Source: an uncultured Planctomycetota bacterium
GTDB taxonomy: Bacteria; Planctomycetota; Planctomycetia; Gemmatales; Gemmataceae
Reading direction: 5' to 3'
NCBI GenBank assembly: GCA_963849325.1
Contig: CAWKHF010000012.1
Coordinates: forward strand, 448,001-512,000
Length of the DNA stretch: 64,000 bases
A program made the position numbers and the translations under genes. The notes beneath the pieces were generated by a model that did not search any database, was not told the origin of the DNA, and saw only the letters and a program-made list of their open reading frames with translations. Each line of letters begins with the position of its first letter. Within the stretch, counting starts at the first letter, position 1. Shown here piece after piece: positions 33,601-44,353 of the stretch.

Positions 33601-35438
33601 TGTCCCTTCGCCAAACCATTCAGAAAACTCTTCCGAGCCTGAAGCGTAAGCGAAGAGTACCCCTTCGCTTACGCTTCAGGCTCCGACGACAACGTTTTGC
33701 GGCATCAGTCCTGCTCGTCGCCTGCCTGGCGATTACCGGCTGTTCCAGGCCCAGCGACTCCGCGACATCTCCTCCTCGGACGGCGCCGGAAGGACCGGGC
33801 CGGGCCGAACTCCTCGACGGTCCCGGCTCCTTCGCCGACGTGACGGCCTCCTCGGGAATCGACTTCACCTACCGCAACGGCGAGGAGGCGGACCAGTACA
33901 CCATCCTCGAATCCCTCGGCGGCGGCGTGGCGCTGATCGACTACGACCGCGATGGCCTGCTGGACCTCTTCTTCACGGGGGGCGGCTCTCTCGACGACAA
34001 GAAAATCCAGGGCCGTCCCTGCCGCCTCTACAAGAACGTGGGCGGCTTCCGATTTCGAGACGTGACGGCGGAGTCCGGACTGGACAAGCTGGCGGGGGGT
34101 CAACCGTGGTTCTACAGCCACGGTGCCGCCGTCGGCGACTACGACAACGACGGCTGGCCGGACCTCCTCCTGACCGGCTACGGCCGCCTGGCCCTCTTCC
34201 ACAACGACCGGGGCAAATTCACGGACGTGACGGAGACCGCCAAGTTGCGTCCTCGACGCGGCACCCACTGGAGCACCAGCGCCGCCTGGGCGGACCTCGA
34301 CGGAGATGGCCGCCTCGACCTGGTGGTGACGCAGTACCTCGATTGGTCGTTCACCAAGCATGTCCAGTGCCGGCCGCTTGGGCCGGGTTCGCCCGTGGAT
34401 GTTTGCCCGCCCACGTTGTTCGATCCGCTGCCGACCCTGCTCTATCGCAATCAGGGCGACGGCACGTTTCAGGACGCCGGCGCCGAGGCCGGGATGAAGT
34501 CGGGCAAAGGACTGGGTGTGCTGGTACTCGACCTGGATGAGGACGGTCGGCCGGACATTTACGTGGCCAACGACACTTCCGGGAATCAGCTCTATCTCAA
34601 CAAGGGTGGAGGCAAGTTCGAGGAAGCGGCCCTCATGCGCGGCGTGGCCATGAACGAATATGGCCGGGCTGCGGGGAGCATGGGGGTGGACGCCGCCGAC
34701 TATGACGGCAGCGGTCATTTCTCGCTCTTCGTGGCGAACTTCACCCAGCAGACGCACGCCCTGTATCGCAACCAGGGGCAGGGCTGGTTCCAACATGCCA
34801 GTGTGCGCGCCGGCATCGCCGCCATCGGTCTGAACTTCGTCGGCTTCGGCACCGGCTTCCTCGACTACGATAATGACGGCGGCGAGGACATCGTTATCAC
34901 CAACGGTCACGTTTATCGCCATCCGGCCGCCCCGCAGATGACGGCCCAGCGTCCCGTTCTGTTGCGCAATCGCTGGCGGCCCGGAGTGCCATCCACGGCG
35001 GCCCGCTTCGAGGACGTGTCTCGGCAAGCCGGTCCTTTTTTCCGAGGCGTCTACCGCGGCCGCGGACTGGCCGTCGGCGACCTGGATAACGACGGCAGGC
35101 CGGACGTGGTAATCAGCAACTGCAACGAGCCGGTCCTTCTGCTGCGCAATGTTTGCGAGAGCGGCAATCATTGGCTGGGGGTCGAACTGCGAGGCCGAGC
35201 GAATCGGGAGCCGATCGGGGCAATACTGACGCTGGAGGTAGAAGGGCACCGCTTGATGCGTGCCGTCAAGGGAGGCGGCAGTTACCTCTCCTCCGGCGAC
35301 CGGCACATCGTGTTCGGCCTCGGATCGGCCACGCGCGTGGATCGGTTGACGATTCGCTGGCCGTCGGGCAGCACCGAGGTCTGGGAGGGTAATCGTTTGG
35401 GTGTCGATCGCTACACAAAAATAGGGAATAGGGAATAG
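33597..35438 (+). CDS. CRTAC1 family protein (FG-GAP repeats + ASPIC/UnbV)
   Basis: DYDRDGLLD, DYDNDGWPD, DLDGDGRLD, RGLAVGDLDNDG, GGGSYLSS, FGLG. Confidence 0.92.
   Translation: MMSLRQTIQKTLPSLKRKRRVPLRLRFRLRRQRFAASVLLVACLAITGCSRPSDSATSPPRTAPEGPGRAELLDGPGSFADVTASSGIDFTYRNGEEADQYTILESLGGGVALIDYDRDGLLDLFFTGGGSLDDKKIQGRPCRLYKNVGGFRFRDVTAESGLDKLAGGQPWFYSHGAAVGDYDNDGWPDLLLTGYGRLALFHNDRGKFTDVTETAKLRPRRGTHWSTSAAWADLDGDGRLDLVVTQYLDWSFTKHVQCRPLGPGSPVDVCPPTLFDPLPTLLYRNQGDGTFQDAGAEAGMKSGKGLGVLVLDLDEDGRPDIYVANDTSGNQLYLNKGGGKFEEAALMRGVAMNEYGRAAGSMGVDAADYDGSGHFSLFVANFTQQTHALYRNQGQGWFQHASVRAGIAAIGLNFVGFGTGFLDYDNDGGEDIVITNGHVYRHPAAPQMTAQRPVLLRNRWRPGVPSTAARFEDVSRQAGPFFRGVYRGRGLAVGDLDNDGRPDVVISNCNEPVLLLRNVCESGNHWLGVELRGRANREPIGAILTLEVEGHRLMRAVKGGGSYLSSGDRHIVFGLGSATRVDRLTIRWPSGSTEVWEGNRLGVDRYTKIGNRE
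33632..33686. repeat. REP-like palindrome inside the 5' end of the CRTAC1 reading frame
   Basis: GAGCCTGAAGCGTAAGCGAAG / CTTCGCTTACGCTTCAGGCTC. Confidence 0.8.
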
Positions 35439-35523
35439 GGAATAGGGAATAGGGAAGAAGAATCCTCCTCTCGCTCCTGGTCCCTCGCCCCTATTCCCTA
35501 TTCCCTATTCCCTATTCCCTATT
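35420..35523. repeat. Inverted heptamer array between convergent genes
   Basis: (TAGGGAA)5 ... (CCCTATT)5; provides both stop codons. Confidence 0.95.
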
Positions 35524-35823
35524 ATCCGGTTCGTCCGTGAAGTTGAAATTGGGATCGGGCGGACCGGTCGGCTCGGAAGGACGCCGATGCTTCTCCCACT
35601 CCCGGCTCGCCCGCGCGATCTCCACGGCGCACTGTTCGGCGCGATATGATCGATTGCCCCACCAGCGCGCCAGGTTGTACATCGCCAGGGCCAGCATCAG
35701 CCACGCACCCGAGAAACTACTGTCGCCCCAGCGAATGCGGAAACGCGGGTCGCCGAGGAAGTGCTCGTAGGCCAGCAGCACGACGGCGCCGAGCAACCAG
35801 ACCACGGCCAGGAACAGGTTCAT
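35512..35823 (-). CDS. Small two-TM hypothetical protein
   Basis: Two hydrophobic helices, PPDPNFNFTD tail; GGAGG RBS. Confidence 0.7.
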   Translation of the reverse strand: MNLFLAVVWLLGAVVLLAYEHFLGDPRFRIRWGDSSFSGAWLMLALAMYNLARWWGNRSYRAEQCAVEIARASREWEKHRRPSEPTGPPDPNFNFTDEPDNRE

Positions 35824-35918
35824 GCCAATCCCTCCGACGAGCGATTCGCCTCCGCCATTCTCCTCTGTCGCGGCGGCGCTGGCAATCGTCGTTTTCTTGG
35901 CGTAGGATGTGGACCAGA

Positions 35919-35983
35919 CCCACTAGCCCGGAGCGCGCAGCGACGGGCGGAGGCGCCCGTCGCTGGCGCTCCGGGCTAGTGGG
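35919..35983. repeat. REP-like palindrome
   Basis: CCCACTAGCCCGGAGCG...CGCTCCGGGCTAGTGGG. Confidence 0.8.
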
Positions 35984-36004
35984 GAAACCAACGAGGTCTT
36001 CGCG

Positions 36005-36757
36005 ATGCCGACTCCCACCGTTTCCGCCGCCGACCTGGACTTGCTGTGCCGTTACGACACGCCGACGGTGTGCAACGTGGTCGAGCTGTTCGACCTGTAC
36101 CCGCGCACGGCTGGCTACATGGATCGCCGCATCCAGGCGTGCTATCCCAAGCTGCCGCCGATGGTCGGCTTCGCCAGCACCGCCACCTTTCGCTCGGCCG
36201 CTTCGGCCTGGAGCGGTGGCGCTTACTCCGGCCTGGTCGAACAGGTCGAATCGTTTGCCCGGATGCCCGGCCCGCCGATCGTCGTCTTCCAGGACATCGA
36301 CAATCCGCCGGTGTCGGCGACCTTCGGCGAAGTGATGTGCAGCACCTACAAGGCGTTCGGCGCCGTCGGCCTCATCACCAGCGGCGCCGGCCGCGACCTG
36401 GATCAGGTCGAGGCGCTGCAGTTCCCTTGCTTTTGCGATGGCGTCATCTGTGCCCACGGCTACTGTCACTTCCCGCAGATCAACGTGCCGGTCCACGTCG
36501 GCGGCGTGACGATTTATCCCGGCGATCTACTGCACGGCGATCGCAACGGCGTGACGACGATCCCCCTGGCCGTCGCTGGTGTCGTCGCCCACGCCTGCGC
36601 CGAGTACGTCGCCGCGGAGACGGTGGTGCTCGATTATTTGAAATCGGGGCGCGTCGATCCGAAGGGATACGCCAAGGCACGGAACGAGTGCCGCGAGCGG
36701 ATCGACGCACTGGCGCGGCGTCTGACAGGCCACGGCGTTGCGGCCAAGCAACGTTGA
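36005..36757 (+). CDS. RraA / HMG-CHA aldolase family protein
   Basis: DTPTVCN, FGEVM, GAGRD, PGDLLHGDRNGV. Confidence 0.88.
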   Translation: MPTPTVSAADLDLLCRYDTPTVCNVVELFDLYPRTAGYMDRRIQACYPKLPPMVGFASTATFRSAASAWSGGAYSGLVEQVESFARMPGPPIVVFQDIDNPPVSATFGEVMCSTYKAFGAVGLITSGAGRDLDQVEALQFPCFCDGVICAHGYCHFPQINVPVHVGGVTIYPGDLLHGDRNGVTTIPLAVAGVVAHACAEYVAAETVVLDYLKSGRVDPKGYAKARNECRERIDALARRLTGHGVAAKQR

Positions 36758-36767
36758 GCAATCCTCA

Positions 36768-37921
36768 TTACGCCGCCTGGGGCCGATCACCCCGCCGATC
36801 GCGCACCAGGGCCAGCACCGCCTCGGCGGCGCGCTCGCAGGCACCCGGTTCGGCGACTCGTTCGCACAGCGCGGCCAGCTCGCCGCACCGCGTTTCGTAA
36901 GCCGAGCGATCGTTCAGCCAGTGCAGAACGTGAGCGGCCATCAGCTCCGCGGGACAGCCGCTGCGGAAGAATTCGGGGAACAGCTCCTTGTCCGCCAACA
37001 GGTTGACGAGCGTGATGTACGGAACACGCTTGAGGAGATGGGCCAGCAGAATGCTGATCCAGCGATGACGGTACAGCACCACCGACGGCTTGCCGCGATA
37101 GAGCAATTCCAGGCTGACCGAACCGGACACGGTCAGACACGAATGGGCGAGGTGAATGATCTCCGGCGTCCGCCCCACGTGTGCTTCGATGGGTAGCCCC
37201 ATACCCCGCACCTGGGCCTCGACCTGCCGACGATGGCTGTCGCGGAAGCAAGCGACGAGGAAACGCGCATCCGGCCGGCGGGCGTGAATGAGTGTACTGG
37301 CTCGCAACAACGACGACAGGTTGTGGTGCAATTCCTGATTGCGGGAACCAGGCAGGATGCCGAGGATGACGCCCGGCCGTACACGTTGCGCTTCCACGAA
37401 GGCGCCGTCCGGACGCTGCTGGCGCAGCTCATCGAAGTAGGGATGGCCGATGTACTCGGCCGCCACGTCGCGCTGGCGATACCATTGCTCCTCGAAGGGC
37501 AGCGTGCAGAGGACGCGATCCGTCAGACGACGCATCTTGTGGACGCGGTAGGTCAGCCATCCCCAAATCTGCGGCGGCACGAAGTACAGTACAGGAATGC
37601 CGTGCGCCCGCGCCGCCGCGCCAGCCACCAGTGGAAGCCGGGATAATCGATGAGCACCAGCGCGTCCGGCCGTTGCTCCTCGAAGAAGCGATCGGCCTGG
37701 CCGAGGATGCCCCAGAAGCGTGGCACGTTGACGAGGACGCGGTACAGGCCGACGAGAGCGAGGTCGCAGAGGGGGTAGAGCAGGCGACAGCCGGCCGCAG
37801 CCATGCGTTCGCCGCCGAAGCCGTGGACCTCCAAACCGGGTTCGCGCCGCCGCAGCGCGTGGATCAGGTTGGCGCCGTGCAGATCGCCGCTGGGTTCACC
37901 CGCGCTGACAAACAATCGCAT
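36768..37921 (-). CDS. lpxB: Lipid-A-disaccharide synthase (frameshift near 37620)
   Basis: SAGEPSGDLHG, IDYPGFH, PPQIW, LPFE, GHP, LPGSR, SGSVSLE. Confidence 0.93.
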
Positions 37922-37957
37922 GAGGGCATCCTGCCGTTAGAGGAAACGATTCCCAAA

Positions 37958-38001
37958 GCCGCTTTTGGCTTAGCGTGACTATCCGCTAAGCCGCAAGCGA
38001 C
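37958..38001. repeat. Short REP-like palindrome (GCCGCTTGCGGCTT family)
   Basis: Imperfect hairpin; sibling at 39661. Confidence 0.65.
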
Positions 38002-38132
38002 TTGGCAAGTTACCAGGGATGCGGCCACGGAGGCAAGACCGTCCGCGACTCCGCCGGCCGAAGGGGACAGCCTCGGCGCCACCTCATACTCTATCCCAGA
38101 GGGATTGCTGACCCGAGGAACCGAGACCACTC

Positions 38133-39161
38133 ATGCACGCACGCCAGGCTGTCATCCTCGAACCGAATCGGGCGGCCGTCCGCGAGGTCGAGCTGCCGCC
38201 GCCGGCCGCCAACCAGATCCTGGTGGCGACCGAGGTCAGCGCCGTCAGCGCCGGCACCGAGTTGGCCGTCTAGACCGGCACGCATCAGTGGCTGAAGGAC
38301 CCCAACCTGCCCGACTGGAAGTTCCCCTTCCGTCCCGGCTACAGCGCGGCGGGGACGATCGTCGCGGTCGGCTCGGCGGTGTCCGGCTGGAAGCCGGGCG
38401 ATCGCGTCAGCTATCCCGGCAACCACGCCTCGGCCGAGCTGCTGACCATCGGCCACGAACGCGGCCGGCTGTGGCGCCTGCCCGAGAACCTCGACATGGA
38501 GAAAGCGGCGGTGGCCTGCATCGCTCGCTACGGCCTGGGCGCCTCCATCCGCGCCGGCCTGACGCTGGGCCGATCCGCCGCGGTCCTCGGCCTGGGCGTC
38601 ATCGGTCAGTTCGCCCTGCGTTGCCTGATCGCCGCCGGCGCTCATCCCGTCGTCGGCATCGACGCCGTGGCCATGCGCCGCCAGGCCGCTCGCGCCGCCG
38701 GCGCCGATCACGTCCTCGATCCCACGGCCGGCGATGTCCGCGAACAGCTCTCGCAGTTCCTCGGCCAGCGCGGCGCCGAGATCGTCGCCGACGCCACCGG
38801 CGTGCCGGACGCGATCCCCACGGCGATGTCGCTGGCCTGCGACGCCGGCCAGGTCGTCGTCGTCGGCAGCCCGCGCGGCAGGGCCAAGGACGTCAATTTC
38901 TACGACGACCTGCATCGCCGTTACATCGAGGTCAGCGGCGCCCACGGCAACATGCTGTTCGAGCCGGCCCATACGCGGCTGGCCGGCGCCTGGGACATCG
39001 ACAAGGCGCAGAACTGGCTGCTGGCCGCCCTCGCTTCCGGCCGGCTCAGCCTGGACGGACTGATCACCCATCGCATCGCCCCGGCCGAGCTCGGCGCCGC
39101 CTACGAAGGACTGCTCAAGAAGAAAGACGAGTACCTGGGCGTCGTACTGCGCTGGTCGTGA
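38133..39161 (+). CDS. Medium-chain (zinc-binding family) dehydrogenase; in-frame TAG at 38271
   Basis: [27 protein letters not shown]. Confidence 0.85.
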
Positions 39162-39208
39162 CGTCTCCTCTGTCCCCTCAACACGGTTCCAAGGAAAGGA
39201 TTGATCCC

Positions 39209-39655
39209 ATGACGAAGCGTTTTGGATTGCTGACCGTTGCCATCGCCCTCACCGTGGCGGCGCTGGTCTCCGTGGAGGCCCGCGCTCAAGACAAGGACAA
39301 ATCCAAGGTCAAGGAGAAAAAAGTGGGCGATGCCGTTTTGAAGTACGAGGACCTCAAGGAAGGCTCGGGAGACGAGGCCAAGAAGGGCGACACCGTCGAG
39401 GTCCACTACACCGGCTGGCTGACGGATGGCAAGAAGTTCGACAGCAGCCTGGATCGCAAGGAGCCGTTCAGCTTTCGGCTCGGCGCGGGCATGGTCATCA
39501 AGGGCTGGGATGAGGGCGTGGCCGGCATGAAGGTCGGCGGCAAGCGCAAGCTGACCATCCCGCCGGAGCTGGCTTACGGCAAGCGCGGCGCCGGCCGCGT
39601 CATCCCGCCCGACGCCACGCTGGTCTTCGAGGTGGAGTTGCTCAAAATCAAGTGA
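39209..39655 (+). CDS. FKBP-type peptidyl-prolyl isomerase with signal peptide
   Basis: [41 protein letters not shown]. Confidence 0.95.
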   Translation: MTKRFGLLTVAIALTVAALVSVEARAQDKDKSKVKEKKVGDAVLKYEDLKEGSGDEAKKGDTVEVHYTGWLTDGKKFDSSLDRKEPFSFRLGAGMVIKGWDEGVAGMKVGGKRKLTIPPELAYGKRGAGRVIPPDATLVFEVELLKIK

Positions 39656-39660
39656 CAACC

Positions 39661-39706
39661 GCCGCTTGCGGCTTGGCGGTTCTCGCGCTAGGCCGCAAGC
39701 GGCTAC
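39661..39706. repeat. REP-like palindrome between convergent genes
   Basis: GCCGCTTGCGGC...GCCGCAAGCGGCTAC; its CTA is the stop of the DUF2228 gene. Confidence 0.75.
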
Positions 39707-40638
39707 TCTTCGTTCTCCAGAATGTCCACCGACGGCAAATCCCGATTCGCGCGATGGACGCGCAGCACGTTCCGTAGCACGTCGCGGCCCAACGCCGCGT
39801 AGGCGGCATCGAGCAGTTCGTAAGCGTACTCGGTGTGGCGCTCACCGCCGACGGCCCACAAATCCTTGCCCAGCTTCAGGGCCGTGCCCGCGAAAGCCCT
39901 CCCGCAGCGCCTGGCGGGCTTCCTCCACCACGTCGAGCGGGTCATCGGTCTCGCACAGGTACGGCCATAACTTCGCGTCCTTGCGCGACAGCGGCCGATA
40001 ACATTCCGGCGGCACGACGATGCCCATGCCTTCGCCGGTCTCGGCGACCACCTGTCCCCGGCCCGGCGCCACACCGGAATAGCGATCGACGTAAGCGTCG
40101 CCGATTTCGCTTCGCTCTCCGGTGGCGGCAGCGATCAGGACCTCGCGGAAATGATCGAGAAACTCTCGTTGGCTCTCGAACTCGTCCGGCTCCAGCACGC
40201 CCTCCGCTAAACTCAGTTCCGATTCGCCGTACGCATCCTCCAGGTACAGGCGCACGGCCGCGAAGAGATCGTCGCCATCCACCGACAGCTCGAAGTCCTC
40301 TTCGGCCTCGTAGTAGGCCACGCAGCCGCAAGCCGCGGCGGGATCGTCGAGATAACAACCCCAGTGCTGGCCGTCGATGCCGCCGGCCAGGACGGTGAAA
40401 AATTCCGGCGGGTCGAGATGGTAACGCCAGTGCAAGAGGATGCTGTAGTCGCGGCGAGCGCCGGTCGAACCGCCCCGCCAGCACCTCGAACGGCCCAACC
40501 AGTTGAAGGCCCAGATCGCTCAGCGCGCTTCAACGGCTCCAGCGGTTGCAGACGCTGCGCGAACTCCCAGAAGCGAAACAGGTGCTCGGGGAAGTCGAAG
40601 CCGTACAGCTCGCGGAGTTGTTGGCGACGGTCGATCAT
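39703..40638 (-). CDS. HPF1 / DUF2228 family protein (bacterial homologue of histone PARylation factor 1) (frameshifts near 40525, 40450, 39893)
   Basis: Stitched motifs YGFDFPEHLFRFW, LGLQLVGPFEVLAG, LHWRYHLDPPEF, GDDLFAAVRLYL, GMGIVVP..YRPL, REGF.GTALKLGKDL, LLDAAYAALGR, HRANR are collinear with HPF1 as I recall it. Confidence 0.85.
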
Positions 40639-40650
40639 ATGAGCCACGAA

Positions 40651-40722
40651 CGCCTGGCGAGCGCCGAGCGTCAGCCGGCTGGTAGCTCGACCAGCCGGCT
40701 GACGCTCGGCGCTCGCCAGGCG
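40651..40722. repeat. REP-like long hairpin
   Basis: CGCCTGGCGAGCGCCGAGCGTCAGCCGGCTGG / reverse complement. Confidence 0.8.
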
Positions 40723-40734
40723 GTTACAGCCGAC

Positions 40735-42204
40735 TTACGCCAGGATGCCCGTGACCGGCTCGCCCTGGACCAGCTCGCGCGGCTGGTTGAGGTGGTTGTA
40801 GACCATCGTGGCCGGGTCGATGCCGACGCTGTGGTAGATCGTGGCCAGCAGCTCGCGCGGATGGACCGGGTTCTCGACGCGGGGCCGAGGCCGTCTTGTC
40901 GGACTTGCCGTAGACCAAGCCGCGCTTGACGCCGGCGCCGGCGATGACGCCGGTGTAGCAGTACGGCCAGTGGTCGCGGCCGTCGTCGCTGGTTCTCGTT
41001 GCCGGACGTGCTGACGCCGCGCTGCGGGCTGCGGCCGAACTCGCCGACCGCCACCACCAGCGTCTCCGTCAGCATGCCGCGCTGGTCCAGGTCGTCGATC
41101 AGGGCCGACAGGCCGGCGTCGAGCATCGGCGCCGACTGGTCCTTCATGCGCTTGCGTCAGGCCGGCGTGAACGTCCCAGGAGTGGTTGTCGGAGTTGGCG
41201 ACCTTGGGCCAGTTGACCTCGACGAAGCGCGTGCCGGCCTCGATCAGCCGGCGGGCCAGCAGGCAGCTCTGGCCGAAGGTGTTCATGCCGTAGCGTTCGC
41301 GCAGCGCCTTCGGTCTCCTCGGCGAGGTCGAAGGCGTTGCGGGCCCGGCCGGAGATGACCAGGCCCAGCGCCTTGCCGTAGTATTCGTCGAGGCTGTACT
41401 TGGCGGTCGCCTTCTCGATGGCCGGCATGCCCTCGTTGATGATGTCGCGCAGCTTGCCGCGCCGCTCCAGCCGCTTCGACGACACCTCCTCGCGCAGCTT
41501 GAGGTCGTCGGTCTTGATGCGGTCCATCTTGCTTCATGTCCATGTCGTCGCCGGGCGGGTAGAGCGTGTAGGGGTCGTAGGCCCGGCCGAGGAAGCCGGC
41601 GGTGCCGCCCTTGCCGACGACGTTGCTCTCCTGCAGCGGCCGCGGCAGCATGACGAACGGCAGCATCGGCACCGTCCGGCGGCTTGAGCCGGATGATGTT
41701 GCGAGCCGACGTTCGGGAAGTCCTTGGGGCTGGGCGGCTCGAGCTGGCCGGACGGGCTGACCTTGTCGGCGGTGTAGCCGGTCAGCATCTGGTAGATGGC
41801 GGCCGTGTGGTTGAACAGGCCGACCGGCGTGTAGCTCATCGAGCGGATCATGCGTGACCTTGTCGTTGACCTGGGCGAGCTTCGGCATCAGCTCGGTGAA
41901 CTTGCAGCCGGGCATCTTGGTGTCGATGGCCTTGAAGACGCTCTTGACGTTGTCGGGGACGTTGTCCTTGGGGTCCCACAGGTCGAGGTGGCTGGGGCCG
42001 CCCTGCAGGTAGAGGAGGATGACGCTCTTGGCCTTGCCGAAGCCGGGACCGCCGCCGGCCTGCTTCTTGGCCTGCGGCTTCTTGCAGGGCGAAGAGGTCG
42101 GCCAGGCTGAGGCCGAGCAGGGCCGAGCCGCCGACGCGCAGCAGTTCGCGGCGAGTGACGCCGTCGCAGGTGTCTTTGCCTGCCTGTCCGGGGATCACGA
42201 GCAT
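40735..42204 (-). CDS. DUF1501 domain protein (multiple frameshifts)
   Basis: [49 protein letters not shown]. Confidence 0.9.
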
Positions 42205-42303
42205 AAGTCGATTCCTCACAAAAGCGGGAGGATCGCGGCGGAAGGCGGGTGTGGGGCGAGTAAGCGGGGCGTATCCGAGAGAGCAATTGTTTTCGTACTT
42301 CTA

Positions 42304-42333
42304 ACTATACTGAGCGAACGAGTCGGGTGTCAA
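42304..42333 (-). promoter_or_regulatory. Putative sigma70 promoter for the DUF1501 gene
   Basis: TTGACA-N18-TATAGT on the minus strand. Confidence 0.6.
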
Positions 42334-42383
42334 ACAATATCCGCCCCGACGGCGACGGAATGGCAAGCGGGCGCGGCGAGCAG

Positions 42384-44079
42384 CTATCTCCAGTCGCCGG
42401 AGAGAACGAAGGCGGCCCAGAAGCAGGGCGGCAAGCGACCGTCCTCCTTGGCCAGCCGCTCCTTCGGCACCTTCACGTCGATCATGCCGCGACCGATGCC
42501 TTCCTTGAGCATCCACAACTGCGCTGGCGCAGCGCCTCCAGGCGGGGCATCTTCTTCTTCCACAGGTTTTCGTAGAAGCGCATCATCAGGTCGCGCGTGG
42601 CCTTGTCCTCGACCTGCCACAGGCCCGCCACCACGCCGCGCGCTCCGGCCACCTGAAAGGCGCGTTGCAGACCCAACAGCCCTTCGCCGCCCGCCGCCTC
42701 GCCCAGACCCGTCTCGCAGGCCGACAGTACCGCCAGCTCCACGCCGGTCAGGTCCAGCGACTCCACCTCTACGCCGTCAGAATGCCGTCATCCTTGTCCG
42801 CCTCCGCCGGATGATTGGCCCCGGCCAGCACCAGGCCCGACAGCAGACCCGGATGGAAGCCCGCCACGCCCTTGCTACCGAACGGGTTGGCGGCGTCGGA
42901 CTCCTTGCCCCGCGACGCGGCACTCAGAGCGGAACGCAGCTGCGGGGGAGCGAAGAAGCCATGCGTGGCGAAGTTTGGGCGTGGCGAAGGCGAGGGTGGC
43001 CAGTTGCGACGAAACGCGATCGAGGTCGGCGAAGTCCTTGGCCAACTCGGGCCGTTGACGGGCCAAGCGTTGCTGGCGTTGACGGCGGCCAACGGTGCCT
43101 TTCCAGGCCAACATCGGACGATATTGCTGCTCGATACTTGCTCGGGCTTGCGGCGCCAGCGAGAGGTAGGCGTCCAGGCTGGAACGCAGATCCTGGAGCA
43201 TGGCGAGTTGCTGACGTTGGGATTGGACGGCGGCGGCCAGTTCCAGGTTGTCGCGGGAGATGGCGAGGGACTGTCGGTACAGCGGCTCGGCCTGGGCGTA
43301 GTCGCCCTGGGACTGGTACAGCCCGGCCAGGTTGTTCAGGTCGGTGGCGTAGTCGGGGTGCTTCGCGCCCAGCGCCTCCTTGCGGATCGCCAGCGCCTTC
43401 TGGTACAGCGGCTCGGCCTTGGCGTAGTCGCCCTGCGAGGAGTACAGCTGGGCCAGGTTGTTCAGGCTGGTGGCGTAGGAGGGGTGCTTGTCGCCCAACG
43501 CCTGCTTGCGGAACTCGACAACCTGACGAGCCCGTGGACCGCCTCGGGAAAGCGGCCCTGATGGTACAGCGCGACGACCTCCGCATTCAACCGCTCCGCT
43601 TCCGCCAACCGCTGACGTTGCGAGGCCGTCATCCGGCCCAGACCCTCGACATCCGCCAGCGCCAGCCGGGCATCGGTGACCTTCCAGTGTTCCGCGCCGT
43701 GCAGCTTGACGCGGATCGTCAGCACTTCCTGGCGCGCCTTGCGGGCCGCAGCGAAATCGTCGCGCTGTTGGTGCATTCCGGCCAGCCACTCCAGCGATCC
43801 GGCCACTTCTTCATGCATGTTGCCAAACACCTGCTGTTCGATGACCAGCATTTTCTCGGCGGCGGCGATGGCCTCGACCAGCTTGCCCTCTTGTTGAAGC
43901 GCTCTCGTCCGCGCCTCGAAGCGGTCGCGTTCCTTCAACTTCTCTTGCTGCTCTGGTGTCAGCGCTGCTTTCGGCGCTTCGGCCCGCAGAGCCAGGGATA
44001 CCGACGCCTGCGCTAACAGACATGCCGCCAAGACAATCGGGCACGAACGGAGACAACCAGCGATCCGGGTGCGAAACAT
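42384..44079 (-). pseudogene. TPR + CHAT (caspase-like) domain protein, apparently internally deleted and frameshifted
   Basis: Signal peptide, HPDYATDLNNLA-type TPRs, ATHGFF, VLSACETGLG, LWQV, WAAFVLSGDWR; the N-terminal part of the CHAT region seems absent. Confidence 0.75.
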
Positions 44080-44353
44080 GGGCCACTCCTGGTCAGGGTC
44101 GCCGTCTCTTCGCCCGGACGCATCCGGTCCAGGCAAGGGGGAGAAAGTGCCCTGCCATTGTCCGCGAGCGCCTCGGCCCACGCAAGGGGCTCGCTCGGTT
44201 TTCCACGCACCAGGCGGAATACGTTGCCACGGCGCTCCTTGCTCCCCCTCCCGCCGCCTCGCGGTCGAAAGTCGGCTTTACACCGCGCCCGTGGTCCTTA
44301 TCCTCCTTCGCCCAGTGGAACGGATGTCCTGTTCTCGAAGGTGAGGAGAGACG

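Noticed and set aside
38271-38273. In-frame TAG in the dehydrogenase as pyrrolysine or recoding
   Set aside because: The context GTELAV*TG suggests Tyr (TAC read as TAG). TAG is a normal stop elsewhere in the window and no pyl genes are seen, so a base-call error or point nonsense mutation is more likely.
42019-44016. Long opposite-strand or alternative-frame ORFs (e.g. 42019-44016 +, 52531-55200 -, 5138-6898 +)
   Set aside because: Arg/Gly/Pro-rich shadow ORFs typical of high-GC DNA, overlapping well-supported genes.
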